A stretch of DNA of 64,000 nucleotides from Octopus vulgaris (lineage: Eukaryota): the NCBI GenBank assembly GCA_951406725.2, contig OX597816.1, positions 27,900,001 through 27,964,000 of the forward strand. The letters are read 5' to 3'. Positions 42,113 through 56,729 of this stretch are shown here, one piece after another. The notes under the pieces were generated by a model that was not told the DNA's origin, searched no databases, and saw only the letters and a list, made by a program, of their open reading frames with translations. Within the stretch, counting starts at the first letter, position 1. The number at the start of each line of letters is the position of its first letter. The position numbers were made by a program, and so were the translations under genes.

Positions 42113-42512
42113 GGCGCAGGAGTGGCTGTGTGGTAAGTAGCTTGCTCACCAACCACATGGTTCGGGGTTCAGTCCCACTGCGTGGCACCTTGGGCATGTG
42201 TCTTCTACTATGGCCTCGCCCCGACCAAAGCCTTGTGAATGGATTTGGTAGACGGAAACTGAAAGAAGCCCGTCGTATATATGTATATATAGGTGTGTGT
42301 GTTTGTGTGTGTGCGTTTGTCCCCCCAACATCGCTTGGCAACCGATGCTGGTGTGTTTATGTCTCCGTAACTTAGCGGTTCGGCAAAAGAGCCCGATAGA
42401 ATAAGTACTAGGCTTCCAAAGAATAAGTCCTGGGGGGCGATTTCCTCGACTAAATGCGGTGCTCCAGCATGGCCGCAGTCAAATGGCTGAAACAAGTAAA
42501 AGAGTAAAAGAG
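42113..42512 (+). mobile_element. SINE family B, full length and young
   Basis: A box, B box, accttgggc core and aagtaaaagagtaaaagag tail all intact. Confidence 0.93.
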
Positions 42513-42850
42513 AATACGTTTTGCTTTCTGTTGCTGATGTTGCATCTATGTCAGCGACTTCTACGTCCTGAGCAACTTTGCCTGCGAAAAATCGTTAACT
42601 TTCAACAGAGTTATTTCAGTACCAATATGCTGCGCTTCTATGGAATTGATAACGCGTGCCTTTTTATTCACAGTGTCAACCTGATGTCTGACATCATTTG
42701 TGTGAAAAGGAAAAAATCTTAGAAGAAAGCTTTGCATGAGGTGTCCTCAGAAAACCGACATACTGTGTGTGTGTGTATGTGCGTGCGCGCATGTATTTGT
42801 GTATGTATGTGTATATATACATACATATGTACATACATGCATACATATAT

Positions 42851-42912
<62 letters not shown>

Positions 42913-42913
42913 G

Positions 42914-43530
42914 TACAAGGTGTTTCAAAAAAATTGCTATCATTTCGCAATAACTTTGCCAGTTCTTGTTCAAATGACTTCAAATTTTAACATTATGTGT
43001 TGAAGCAGGTCAAAATTTTATGTTTAATGTTTGATACGTTTCTATTTTCAGGTATAGAAATGGCATTCACTGGAAAAGAAAAGGCATTTTGTGTGTTGGA
43101 GTATGCTCAAACACAGTCGAACAAGACTGTGCAGCGTACATTTAAGAGAGAGTTCTCTAAAAAGTAACCAATGGAAATGCAGATTTGGACATGGCACAAA
43201 AATTCAAAGAAGAGGGCTGTCTGTGCAGGGCAAAAAAATCTAGATGACTACTAACATCGGAAGAGACAGTCGAGTGGGTTCGCCAAAAACTCTTGCGAAG
43301 CCCTAAGAAGTCCATAAAAAGAAGTCCCCAGGAAACGCTTGCTAATAAAACCCTATAAGCTGCAGCTCGTTCAGGCCATAGCAACAGATGACAAGCGAAA
43401 GCGCAAACATGGGGCTATGTGAAGGGCCTCATCTATATGCCTCCTCTTTCTGCAAACCTAGAGAAACTCGAACACAGAATCACTACCGCAATGGAGACTG
43501 TTATCCAATACATGCTGCAACGTTTTTGAA
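42914..43530 (+). mobile_element. Internally deleted mariner-like transposon (DUF4817-type N-terminal HTH)
   Basis: Starts ta-caaggtgtttcaaaa; ATG at 43060 gives MAFTGKEKAFCVLEYAQTQSNKTVQRTF..; C-terminal WGYVKGLIYMPPLSANLEKLEHRIT. Confidence 0.8.
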
Positions 43531-43712
43531 AAGGTTCCAAGACGCAACGAAAATTTTAGGAAAATAAAAATAGGAAATAAGTGGAAATTTTACTGGTGAG
43601 TGTGTTACCTTATAAGGCACAAAAAGAAAATGACTCTCCCCAGACAACATAATATGCTTCAACAGACGAACTCATATAAAGAATCTTGCAAACCAAATCC
43701 CCAAACGAAATA

Positions 43713-43795
<83 letters not shown>

Positions 43796-44363
43796 ATATG
43801 TATGTATATATATATATATATATATTTAAATGGATGAATGAATTATCCTTTGTTTACTGCTAACATGAAAAATTCAGTAAACAGTTGCCAGGGTAGCAAA
43901 ATTCACGAATGAAGTGACCTATTCAAAGGTAAAAACTCCGGGTTAATGTGCTGTAATTTGTGTATTATATATATATATAGATAGGTAGATAGATTGTGTG
44001 GAGGTAGGCATTTTGAGTGCTTAAGAAATTTCCTACTCCATGTTATTTGGGTCTTGTTACAATTACTTCGAGTCATTTGTATGTTTTGCGAGTAAAGTTA
44101 CGTAGATGAAAACTGAAAACTGTCGTGTGGACTGTGCGTGATACTGTGTGTCAAATTTAACGAAATTGAGAGTTATATTAAGAGTACAAGATTCTGTAAA
44201 AAAAACAGCCATTTTAATTAAAATATAATCGAATCGTTTTGCACAGTCATCATGTCGGCATTCAGCCCACTGCAAGTGCACTTGAATGCGTGTGCGAGTG
44301 CTCACATCTGCGTGTATGTGTGTCCGCACGCGAGCACGTACTCGTGTATGTGTGTGCGTGTGC

Positions 44364-44535
44364 GGAGGTGTGATTGAAAGGTTCAGTTTTGTCTAGCATT
44401 TAATTGTAAGATTGTGGTTTAGATTCTTGGACCGGGCGACGCGTTGTGTTCTTGAGCAAAACACTTCTTTTCACGTTGCTCCAGTCCACTCAGCTGGCAA
44501 AAAGGAGTATATATATGCATTTATATATATATATA

Positions 44536-44621
<86 letters not shown>

Positions 44622-45030
44622 AGGCACGTGGCTTAGTGGTTAGGGTGTCAGCATCATGATTATAAGATTGTGGTTTCGATTCCTGGACCGGGCGACGCGT
44701 TGTGTTCTTGAGCAAAACACATCATTTCACGTTTCTCCAGTCCACGCAGCTGGCAAAAAATGAGTATACACACACACACACACACACATATATGGAGGCA
44801 CGTGGCTTAGGGGTTAGGGTGTCAGCATCATGATCGTAAGATTGTGGTTTCGATTCCTGGACCGAGCGACGCATTGTATTCTTGAGCAAAACACTTCATT
44901 TCAAGTTGCTCCAGTCAATTCAGCTGGCAAAAATGAGTAACGCTGCGATGGACTGGCGTCATACACCATAGAAACCGGGAAACCGAGCCCATGAGCCTGG
45001 CTAGGCTTTAAAAGGGCGCATTTATTTATT
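44364..45030 (+). mobile_element. Three tandem copies of tRNA-derived SINE family E (44364-44509, 44620-44766, 44794-45030)
   Basis: A box tggcttagtgg, B box ggtttcgattcc, core gtgttcttgagcaaaacactt. Confidence 0.88.
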
Positions 45031-48000
45031 AATTATTGCGACCAATAGAAGATTCGTCAGAAATGTGTGCATACAAATGTTAGTACGTATACATAAGTGA
45101 TCTTAGTGCTCTGTCTCCCGCTTTTCCTCTCTTTCTTTTACATAAATATGTGTACACACGCACAAACGCGTGCGCGCATGCATACACACATACACACACT
45201 CACACATACAAACACACATATATGTATATATACAAACCTAAGTACATATTTCAAAATTATGCATTTTTACGAGGAAAAGTGCTTTTTTCAGTGAGCTGGT
45301 AGTAGCAGTCATCGTCGTCGTCATCGTTGTAGAAATTGCTGTTGTTGCTATTGTCTTGGATGTATTATTATAGAGGGATTAGGGCGATAGAATCAGAATT
45401 GGCAGAGCACCCAAAAAATGCCTCCCAGTTCTTACTACAATTTCTACGTTATAGCTTCAATACCTATAGATATTTATTTAACCTTTCATCTTATGTGAAT
45501 CAATAACATAAATATCTATCAAATACTTGGTTATATTTACTTGACTGTGATCTTAACCCAATATTTTTAATCGCATTATTTTGTATCCAAAGATCGGTTG
45601 CACCTCCGACCAGCTATCTGATATCTACTTTCCATCAATTATCGTTCTTCCCTTTTACCGTCTAGTAACAAAAATAAATTGTTCTCTTTACTCAAAATTC
45701 CTATAATTAAGAAGTTGTTAATCATAAAAAGAACAGAACATAAAGAATTAAAGAAAAAAGTAAACGCTCTTTAGTCATCAGAAAAAATAAAACACAACAA
45801 ATATCTGTAATATCTTCTGTGAAATTAGATGAAAGGATTATCATCTAAGGAAACACATGAAAAATAGTAAATCAATGAATAGAAACTATCTTGTGGAAAC
45901 CTCTAATGAAAACTGAACGGTTTTAATTAAGGACATTGATGTTACTGGTTGACAACTCAATTAACAAATCGCTTTGTAAAGTTCTTACAAGATTATGGTT
46001 AATTAAAGTATTTGGGAGAAGGAATCGGGATGAGGAAACACAAGTATGTATTAACCTACCGAAACAGATGATGTTTGCAGTAAAGTTAAGAATCAATGCT
46101 TTATTGACTGTTTCAATTCTTACTAGAATCTAAATCATTTCGATTACAACTTGAAAGTTCTTTGCCAAATTATAAAGCCATAATATCATATTCTCCTCTC
46201 GTGAAATAACAAGAATTGAATACTGAAACGGAAAGTAATATTTTGCTGCGATTAGATGCTTTTGAAGAAGTGTGAGTTCTAAGTTAGCACAAACTGCGAT
46301 TCGGTTTTCATCCATTTTGAAATAATTCCGTTTTAATTTCACTTGTAATTACCTTTGAGGAAACTCTTGACTTCTTAATAGCTATTTTCCTTTCCGACTT
46401 GAACATTGATCTCTCAGAAGAAAGAAGCTGTTGTCTGCGATAAATGTGTAGAGCAAAAGTAGGAGATGCTTGCTTCAGCATATTTGTCTCAGGCAGAAGA
46501 GACATAAGAAATAATAGGGAGAGAAAAACAAGAAAAATATTAATTACGTCTTACTTTAGAGCAACGAATCGTTGTGAATCTCGCTGGAATTTTGTAAATC
46601 TATTGTTATGCGCCATTTTCACCATTTTGGTATGCTATATGTTATACTGGTAGTATGACTGTAGAGTTTAGCTAATATTGTGTCACAGGTGGACATATAC
46701 ACAATGTCATTATATTCAATATCTTTTGTGAACATGAAGTGGAGAAACAGCCGGTTTAATTTCAATCCAGTGATTGGATTTGGTCAACAAATATGTACTT
46801 TCTTTGAGTGTCCAATTAAATGATGCTTACAGACCCATAACGGCTCAAGTAAATCTGATAGTGACTTACATATGTCTCAACTTTTGGCAGACATTCCGAA
46901 CATTGAACTACTGATGCGTTTATAGTGCTTTGCATACAGTGTTAGCTAAAATTTATAGATTTTCTCTCCAGAGCTACATTGAAACAAAACCATGATTACA
47001 CGGCAAGCATTTCGTAAATATAAAATCTATTTTGTTAGATTATTTATGATTTGGTAGACCAATGTTTAAACCATGGCTGTATTATCATCACGTTGACTAA
47101 AATTTTATGATTAAATTTTTTTTTATTATTCTCTCAGACATTTTGGTATGACGGAATAAATTCCTTGTAGTGTGTATTTATCTCTATTTACATTTTGATT
47201 TCAAATCATGCCGAGGTCGAATTTGCCTTTCATTCTTCCGTGGTCGTTAAAAGAAATACCAATCGAGTATTAGGGTCGATGTAGTGGTATCCTGCTAACC
47301 ACACTCAGAAAATCAATAGAGGTCATAATTTATAAATGTATACATCTTATCAGTGAATCGTCCAGTAATTGTCTCTATTACCGAGAGCATGCTCATATAA
47401 ATAGCAAACTGCTGTTTGAAATAAAAATCAAAACAAAAACAAAAAAAACAACAAACAACGAAGAAACGACACAAAATGTTGTAAAGTTATGTCAACATGT
47501 ATTTTTCTTTCATTAAGTTATTTATTTTGCAGAAGAAATTTCCCGTACAATGTAATAATTTGCTCAAATCATTTACCATTTCAGATTTCTGCAAACATTA
47601 TTATACAAAATGTTGTTTTGTCCCAAGTAAGCATGGAAATAAGACAAATAGCCAGCATGATTCACTGTTAGTACATTATATCTTGGATATTTTCCTGAGA
47701 CATATGGAGTCTGTTAAAACGTCCGTCAGGAAGTAGTGACGGTGTGAGAAATATAAATGGTTCATTTTGTGAATCGATATAGTAAACTACAAAGGTTTCG
47801 TTATATATCAGAGTTTCAAATAGAGAATCCACGTCCGGTGTTCGAAATTAATCTTGTTTGGTTTAACACTGCATTTTACTAACTTCCGTTTCAACCAAGA
47901 GCTTGTAATTGAAAATCTTAGTCCGTTCCGGTGAAGAGACTTCAGCAAATCTCTATTATAAATTATTGAAGCCAATATTTGCAGCAAACATTTAAACAAC

Positions 48001-48514
48001 AACAATTGCAATAGCAGTAGGAATAAGATTATGAATATTTTTCCCTTTGATTGGGCATAAAGCCAATTTAAGAGAGACGTAGTATAATCGATTAAGAATA
48101 ATTTAGCAATTAATAATTACTTACGCAGTTACAACGTTAGAATTTCATGGAGAGGTGGCACACGGAAGAACTGATTATATCGATCTCTGCTTCTTGAATG
48201 GTACTTTATTTCATCGTTGTTGAAAGGATAAAATAAAGAGTTGGTGTCGGTGGGATTTGTACGCAGAATATAAAAATTATCCATGCTCTAACACTTCTAA
48301 CACGTTGCTACATTCTAATTCAGTTAGTAATGTTAGCTAAACTCGATTTTACGTTAGCTGGAGTCAAAATGAAGTCCTGTTTTAAAATAATATTTCCTAT
48401 GATTATAGATAATCTATTAGTAATTGCTACTTACATAGAATTTCATTGAGTTTTCTGATTTTAGTACTCAAATCAAATGTAAATAACTTCAACCAGAAAC
48501 CCAAAACAATTTAT

Positions 48515-48900
48515 CTTTATTTGCTTCGGTCATTAGGCTGCGGCAATTCTGGGGCACCCCCTTGAAGATTTTTTTGTAGTTGAATGATTCGACCTCATTT
48601 CCTTTTTGAAGTCTAGTGTTTATTCTATCGCACCCTTTTGCCGAAACGCTAAATTACAGGGCCGTAAACGCACCAACACCGATTGGCAAGCGGCGGTGGG
48701 GGACAAACACAGACACAAATACACACACGCGCGCGCGCATTTATGACGGGCTTCTTTTAGCTTCCGTTTATCAATCCACCTACAAGGCTGTGGTTGGTCC
48801 GAGGCTATAATAGCAGAAGACATTTTGCCCAAGGTGCCATGCAATGGGGCTGAACCTGAAACCATGTGGTTTGGAAGCAAGCTTCTTATCATATGGTCAC
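48515..48900 (-). mobile_element. SINE family B (older)
   Basis: Homology to family B. Confidence 0.8.
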
Positions 48901-49864
48901 TCATAAGTTTGTAGATAAAACCTATGAAAAGCTACGATGTATCTCACCACTGCCACAGATCCAGGGATGCAATATGCGGCCTATGATAATACAGTCAATT
49001 AAGTTATTCTGTAGAAATATGTGAAGATATTTTGAATACTGGGATTCTTTGAATAGCATAATTTCACACATTTTCTCTATTCTGGAATAAGGACATTGTT
49101 GTCAGTCAGATGAAATATGAACACATTACTTTAAATATTGCAACCAAAAACCACATGTTATTTATACTAGCAAACAGTTACCTGTTGTTCTAATGACGTC
49201 TAAATAGCAAATGTTATGACATTTTAGCTTAGAAGAAAAGCTCAAAGTTACGGACAGAAATTATATAGTAAATTGAATTAACTACTATATATTATTATGC
49301 ATTATTTCATCGACCTCAATGGAATAAATGAAGAGTTTACTGAAATGAATTTGAATACTAAAACCCAGAGTGCTACAGTTTCTGTGACTGTATGGCTTCT
49401 TTACATCAACACCCATATTAATTTTGAATATAGGGAAAAGATCCTCAATTTTAGAGTGGAAGTAATCGATTGTATCGTCCTTCTGTGCTTGACTGACACT
49501 GTATTATGATACTACAGAATGAATCCAGTCAACAAGGGAATCCCAATGTGATCGCTCGGATTGCAAAATAGAAAAAAAATTAAATCACGTCATATCTTCT
49601 TTAGAATTTCACATTAGATCAAGCAATTCGGATTACACAACAACTGAAATACAATAGCAAAGTCACAAGTGGAATGCTTTTGCTAAATAGCACTGCTCGA
49701 ACAGGAAAGGCAATGGATCCAACAAACCACAATGTCTAGAGTTTATGAATTTACCTCCCCATTGCAAACACATACGTATATGGCTGTGTGATTAAGAATA
49801 TCGTTCTGCAACGATTTGGTTTCATGGTCAGTCCAAAGGTGCAGCAATTTGGGTAAGTCTATGC

Positions 49865-50004
49865 CAAGTTGTCAAGTGATGGTTGGGGAGTGACAAGCAC
49901 AGGCACACAAATACATACATACATATATACATATATACATACATGCATGCATACATACATACATACAGACTCATACACATATACATACATACACACACAC
50001 ACAT

Positions 50005-50082
<78 letters not shown>

Positions 50083-50214
50083 GACGGGATTCTTTCAGTT
50101 TCTGTCTATCAAATTCACTCATAAGGATTTTGGTCGGCCCGAGGCTATAGCAGAAAACACTGAACCCAGAACCATGTGGTTAGGAAGCAAACTATTTACC
50201 ACACGGCTACTCCT
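49865..50214 (-). mobile_element. SINE family B fragment with expanded internal microsatellite
   Basis: Homology to family B. Confidence 0.75.
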
Positions 50215-50240
50215 GAGTCTTATATATATATATATATATA

Positions 50241-50448
50241 TGACGCCATGATAGATCGTTAGCCACTACACACATTTTTTTTCTCTCCTTGTTTCGCTCC
50301 TTGTTTTTTCTGTGTCCCTTTCTGTAGAAGAGCGTAGGCTCGAAACGTAAAAGACTTTTTCTATTCCTGAGCGTTATACTAATACATCTGTTTGTTTTGT
50401 ACATCACCTGTCTTCATGTTTTGTTGTTTTTTTTCGTAAACCCTCCCT
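50241..50448 (+). mobile_element. Family H1 element in (TA)n, best-preserved copy; HHR-like motif 50319-50352
   Basis: ttt CTGTAGA a gagc-gtag-gctc GAAA cg TA aaa. Confidence 0.85.
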
Positions 50449-51314
50449 ATATATACATACATACATATTTGGGTGTGCGTACGTGTGTGCACGTCTGTGT
50501 ATATATGTGTGTGTGCACGTGTGTGCATGTGACTTCGTGTCTTCTCCCACCGGATGACTAACTGATATCTTAGCCTGGGAAAAGTTTACCAATAGAATAA
50601 GTACTAGAATTAAAAATATGTACTGGGGGTGAATTATTTCGAGTAAACCTTTCATGGTGCTCCAACATAACCACCATCTAATGATTGCTTCAATCATTAG
50701 TTAGCAGTTATAAATTATTACTAATTGTTTCACTGACCCTGGAGGCGTAAAGGAATAATATAACTTAGGAACTGAAAAGTAAAAGCCTTAATGCTACAGT
50801 TTCTCTGTAGTCTAAGATTAAACCACTCATATTCGACTTTGCTTTTCACCCATTTCGATGTCAAGAAACAATGTACCCCTAACATAATGAGGATCGACTT
50901 AATTTACTCATCCCTGTCCCATCTTAATGTTTGACTGGCTCTAATGTGAGAAAAAGATAAATGCAAATCGTGTAGGTGGATTCCTATACTAGAAATATCT
51001 GTATTTAAAATATTCCTGTTGCTTACGTATCTCTCACATATTCAACCTTGTTCCGACGCGAGAAACAATATTCAGCCAGAAGCCATGAAGGAGTCTCTAC
51101 ATGAACAATAGGCTTGATAGAAAAATAAATCGCCTGTTATTATGGATGTTTATTTAGGGAAGTTAGCCCGGAGGCCATTCAAGAGCAACAAAAATAATGG
51201 CAATGATACAATCTTGCCCTTCTATGAACTACGATGACGGAAAGTTATATTTCGGTAGAAGTATTAGTTGTAGTAGTAGTGTGAGTGATAGTGGTGGTGA
51301 TTTTCGTTTTCCAT

Positions 51315-51702
51315 GGGAAGCACTCCGTCGGTTACGAAGATGAGGGTTCCGGTTGATCCGAATCAACGGAACAGCCTGCTCGTGAAATTAACGTGTAAGT
51401 GGCTGAGGACTCCACAGACACGTGCACCCTTAACGTAGTTCTCGGGGATATTCAGCGTGACACAGAGAGTGACAAGGCCGGCCCCTTAAATTACAGGTAC
51501 AACAGAAACAGGAAGTAAGAGAGAGAGAGAGAAAGTTGTGGTGAAAGAGTACAGCAGGGATCACCACCATCCCCTGCCGGAGCCCCGTGTAGCTTTTAGG
51601 TGTTTTCGCTCAATAAACACTAAAAATGCCCGGTCTGGGAATCGAAACTGCGATCCTATGACAGCGAGTCCGCTGCCCTAACCACTGGGCCATTGCGCCT
51701 CC
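51315..51702 (-). mobile_element. SINE family C, full length
   Basis: Reverse complement of 9813-10189; TSD-like flanks of about 11 bp (tcgttttccat / tcgtttcccat). Confidence 0.92.
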
Positions 51703-52489
51703 CTCGTTTCCCATACCCTCTGTAAAACAATATATTTAGCCATACAATTTGACTCAATCGGGCAAAAATTACTGTTCACGCAATTATGAGTACTGTCGTT
51801 TGTATTGAAGAATAATTTGTTTAAGTTTACGCAGATTAGACGAGGCGAGCACATTAGCAAAGTTTGATATATTTTGATATAATATTTGATGGTAGTGTTT
51901 AAAACCTATGTTGTCTTACTAATTTTCAAATAATATTTCTATTGATGTTTCACTTTGATATTAAGAGGAGGATTAAACGAAATTATGTTCTGTTATATAT
52001 TGTATGGTTGTCACTCTTGTTGTTTAATAAACTTCTTTTTTTTTGCTGTTAGTCCCTTTTCGAGTAAACCATTATAATAATTAGTCGTTGTATTGTTATA
52101 GATTTTGCTTTGCCTAAATGTTTGTAGAATCTGAGAGATGTTTTGAATTCTGTCATTACCAATAGTTTTTGAGATAATTAGATATATTATTTATATATAG
52201 TTCAGTGTTCAACACATTAGTTACACAAAGTATCATTAATATATTGGTTATGTTAAAATGTCATTACAACTAAAATTCTTCTTGCCACAAACATACTGGC
52301 AACAAGACTCAGGTGCAAATATAATACTTGAGGATATTTTTAAACTTGTTTCGTATAATTATCTCTTCGCGTAACAAAGTTGCCGGCAGCCAGTTTAACC
52401 CATAAAAAGTTAAACCTCCTACTTATATGATTTGTCTACAATTCTACTCATAAAACAATGTGATTGAGATAAATCTGTATATATACACA

Positions 52490-52532
<43 letters not shown>

Positions 52533-52715
52533 TAAGTAATTAAGGGTTCAGCAACGATTTGCCTCACCACACACCGAATTTAGAAATAGCAGTCAAAAGG
52601 TTTTGGCTATTCTTTCTACTTAAAAGGGAGATCCCAGTAAAACCAAAGCACTTTAAAAAACAAACGACGCAGGTAAAAGAGAAAGAAATGACGAAAATCA
52701 TTCTATATAAACATT

Positions 52716-52750
<35 letters not shown>

Positions 52751-52752
<2 letters not shown>

Positions 52753-52927
52753 GTTAGGAGATGATGTACAGGTATTGTGTTTTAGAAGAAATGAGGTACT
52801 CAGAAATCTGGATGGTTTTATATTTACGGGTATTTATTAGTATGTCACATGTTTTTATAAATCATATATCAAAAATTAGCGCTTTCGTCCACTCTAGTAG
52901 AGTCTTCAAATTGAACTGTTCAATTTG
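52751..52927 (-). mobile_element. TA-anchored insert with decayed HHR-like motif (52873-52912) and terminal hairpin
   Basis: Minus strand: aat TTGAAGA ctctactagagtggac GAAA gcgc TA att; hairpin tcaaattgaac-t-gttcaatttga. Confidence 0.5.
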
Positions 52928-53145
52928 AGCGGGATGGGCTACTCGACCAGAAGAAAATTCTAACTGGGCCCCACCTGCAAGGTCATGCGCTCTTTATCTT
53001 GATAAGAGATTACCATGTCGCGCACATATGGTTGTGATGCATGTGCCTGGTGTATCCTTATCAGACGGGTAGTCATGATGGGTATACTGGGCTTCGTATA
53101 TTTTACCCCTGTGTCATTTTGATGGCATGCACTGCTCTCTCACTC
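52924..53145 (+). mobile_element. Family D, 3' portion
   Basis: Homology to 770-1278; followed by (AAT)n. Confidence 0.85.
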
Positions 53146-53205
<60 letters not shown>

Positions 53206-53223
53206 TATAATAATAATAATAAT

Positions 53224-53306
<83 letters not shown>

Positions 53307-53320
53307 TAATAGTAATAACA
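53146..53320. repeat. (AAT)n microsatellite
   Basis: Direct. Confidence 0.98.
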
Positions 53321-53503
53321 ACATCAAAAAAACCTTAGGAATGAGAGCCCCGGTTCGAAATTTCCCCAAGGCACCTGTTGAAGGCTGGAGGGTATGAAAA
53401 CCGAAACGTTGTATTAACAACAAACAAATGAGGACAAATATCCGTCAAATGTAAATAATGTAAAAAAATGTACATGATTCCTCATCTCTTAAATATAGAA
53501 CTG
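53321..53503 (+). mobile_element. Short insert with decayed minimal HHR-like motif (53371-53414)
   Basis: gcac CTGTTGA a gg...cc GAAA cg TT gtat. Confidence 0.55.
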
Positions 53504-53642
53504 GACGAAATATTTGTCATGGTGAAGCTATGGTAATAAATAATTGTTTGAGATGCCTCCAAGAGGGAACAATCCTACAATACTATCTGGCCGCAAAGTG
53601 AGCTGTAGAATACACACACACACATACACACACACATATACA

Positions 53643-53703
<61 letters not shown>

Positions 53704-54339
53704 CAAAAGCACAAAGCGCCCGCACACACGCACACACATACACACAAAATATACAAAAAAGTTGTTTTCGATTCAGAAATCCTGTTGACAAAAACACTGC
53801 CTGATAAAAAGCAGGCCTCGAGTTTTATTTTAATTTATCATTTATCGCATTAGTTCTTCCTTTCGATCTGTCAGTTAAACTACATTCTTAATAAATCATT
53901 GGTTTCCTAAAACTATTTGCTAAATAGAATTACATTGAACCGTAAGAGATTTTCTGTCAAATTTAACCAGGAATTAGTTTTGACAAGTCTCCTTTACTTA
54001 GATCTTTACGCTGTGTTTATAACGAATTAAAATGTGTATGCGTGTATGTGTCTGTGTACCTGGGTACGTATTTGTTAACGCGTGTGTACGCATGTTTACC
54101 CGTGAATGTGGCTTTTTGTGCGTGTCTGTAGATGTTTTGCAATATGTATGAATGTACGTTTGTAATTATGTATGCATGAATGTATGCTGGTAAGTATGTG
54201 TATCCACACTTAAATGTAAATATATACGTATAATGTGAGTTTCATATACTGTGCCTCCTTACCCTGAGTTGTTATATATATATGTGTGTGTGTGCACATA
54301 TAGTCTCTCTCTCTCTTCCTCTCTTTCTCTCAGTCTGTG

Positions 54340-54414
<75 letters not shown>

Positions 54415-54453
54415 TATCTATCTATCTATATATCTATCTATATATATTATATA

Positions 54454-54502
<49 letters not shown>

Positions 54503-54694
54503 CATACAAACACACGCGCTGACACACACACACACACACGTAGATATTTCTGTAGGTATGTATATATTGTTAATATATATTTCCACTAATAAGAACAGTA
54601 AAACTTTTCTTCTGTTGGCAAAACATGAAATGCAACTCAACAATATCAAGAAAGATAACACCACCACCACCACCACCACCACCACCACCACCAA

Positions 54695-55350
54695 TAATGG
54701 TTCAAAATTTCGCTCACTTGTTAGGAGAAAAGATAAATCGATATTTTCAAGCCCAGTGTTTGGAGGTACTTATTGTATCGACCGCGATAGGATTAAAGGC
54801 AAAGTCGGCTTCAGTGGCATTTGAACTCAGAACGAGAATCTGTTAGAAATGACACTAAGGTATCCGTCTGACGTGCTAACGATCTGCCACCTTCGCGCTT
54901 TGATAAAAAAAAAATAATGATATATTTTAATTAAGCATAACACAAGAAATTTGCGGGAGAGGGCTTCTCGATTAAATCGATTATCAAGAACTCAAGTAAT
55001 ACTTATTTAATCGGTTCCGAAAGGATCCCACAGCAAATTGGAACTCAGAACATAAAGATGGACGAAATGTAGCTAAGCTTTTTGTCCAGTGTGTTAACGA
55101 TTCTACAAGCTCACCACCTTAACAAAAATAATGAAAGTTTCATAATTTGGCCCAAGGCCAGCAATTTCAGGAGAGGGTGGGTAAGTCGATTACATTGATT
55201 TCCAGTGTTCAACGGGCATTACCTAATCGACCCGCATGAGGATGAAAGCAATGTCGACCTCAGCGGAATTTCATCTCTGAACGTAAAGCGGGTGAAATGC
55301 CACTGAACGTTTTGTCAGGCATACTAACGATTCTTCCACCTGCCGCACTT
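54695..55350 (-). mobile_element. Three tandem degenerate SINE family A copies
   Basis: Units at about 54695-54900, 54940-55120 and 55135-55350, each ending ctaacgattct..c..ccacctt-like. Confidence 0.75.
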
Positions 55351-56049
55351 TGCCATTATCAACATAGGTGCAAGTTAGCGACACGTTTAGTCGATTTGAT
55401 ATCATTGCTATTAAAGTTTTAGAAAGTGAAAGTAGCATCTTTTAGAAATATAACTTTGTTTTTTCTTAGCTGACGTATTAATCTCTTCTGTTGGATGTTG
55501 CCAAACTATTTGATAAATCGAATTTATTTCTGAGAGTTTAAAAGTAAAATAATTTGGAAATTTATTGGAATCTTAATGTTTTTTTCAATTAATGCACTAA
55601 TTTTTAATGATCTATGTTTAAACATCTGAATCAGTTTTGAAATACATTTTTCATCTGGTAGAACCGCGTATTTTTACCGTAAAAGTGCTCTTTCTCTGAA
55701 TTAAAATCTTTGGATACAGGTGACAGTTAAAAACCCCGAATATTTCTGGCCTTTAGGAATTTGAACAACAAAACTTTCACTAAAACATGGTGCTTCGGTG
55801 CTAGTGTAAATAGAAAGGGAAGACCAAACAAATGAAGTCACATGTATTTAGACATGCGCTTGAATCTAAATAACCTTATTTATAAGCCTATATAGAAGCA
55901 GTGCACATGAACGTTTGAACCCACTTTTGAATAGTGAGATTTGTGTGTTCGATGACATTGTCTCATTGCCGATTATATACACCTTGCCACTAACATCTTT
56001 AGGTACTCTCTTTTCTTTCGTGTGTTTTTGTCTTTTTTCTCCTTCTTCT

Positions 56050-56108
<59 letters not shown>

Positions 56109-56661
56109 GAGTGAGAGAGCAGTGCATGCCATCAAAGTGACACTGGGGTAAAATATACGAAGCGCAGTATACCCATCATGACTACCCGTTTGATAAGGGT
56201 ACACCAGGCACATGCATCACAACCATATATGCGCGACATCGTGATCTCATATCTAGATAAACAGCTCATGACTTTGCAGGTGGGGCCCAGTTAGAATTTT
56301 CTTCTGGTCGAGTAGCCCATCCTGCTCAAAAGGTCCCTGAATAAAGGTTGTTTAAGGATGTTGAACGAAACACCTATGTTTCTAGAGGTGAATTATTCAA
56401 ACTTAAAAGAATTCCTCTGAACACATGACTATGATGTTCCCCCACTACTTTTGCCCATGATCAGAGATGCACATATCGTCAGCCACTAAGGGACATACTC
56501 AACTTGTTAAGGTCAAAGAACTGACAAGCAAATCTGTGGTATTGAGCAGAATATTTGCTGTAGCGCATCTTTTATACCAAGACAAAACAATGACATGATA
56601 ACACTTCCAATCAGTTAAGCTCAGAAGCCACGTGAGCCACTGACTGGTACTGCATCAGGGA

Positions 56662-56663
<2 letters not shown>
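56109..56663 (-). mobile_element. Family D, apparently full length (about 555 bp), inside (AAT)n
   Basis: (TTA)n on both flanks; homologous to 770-1278. Confidence 0.88.
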
Positions 56664-56727
<64 letters not shown>

Positions 56728-56729
56728 TT

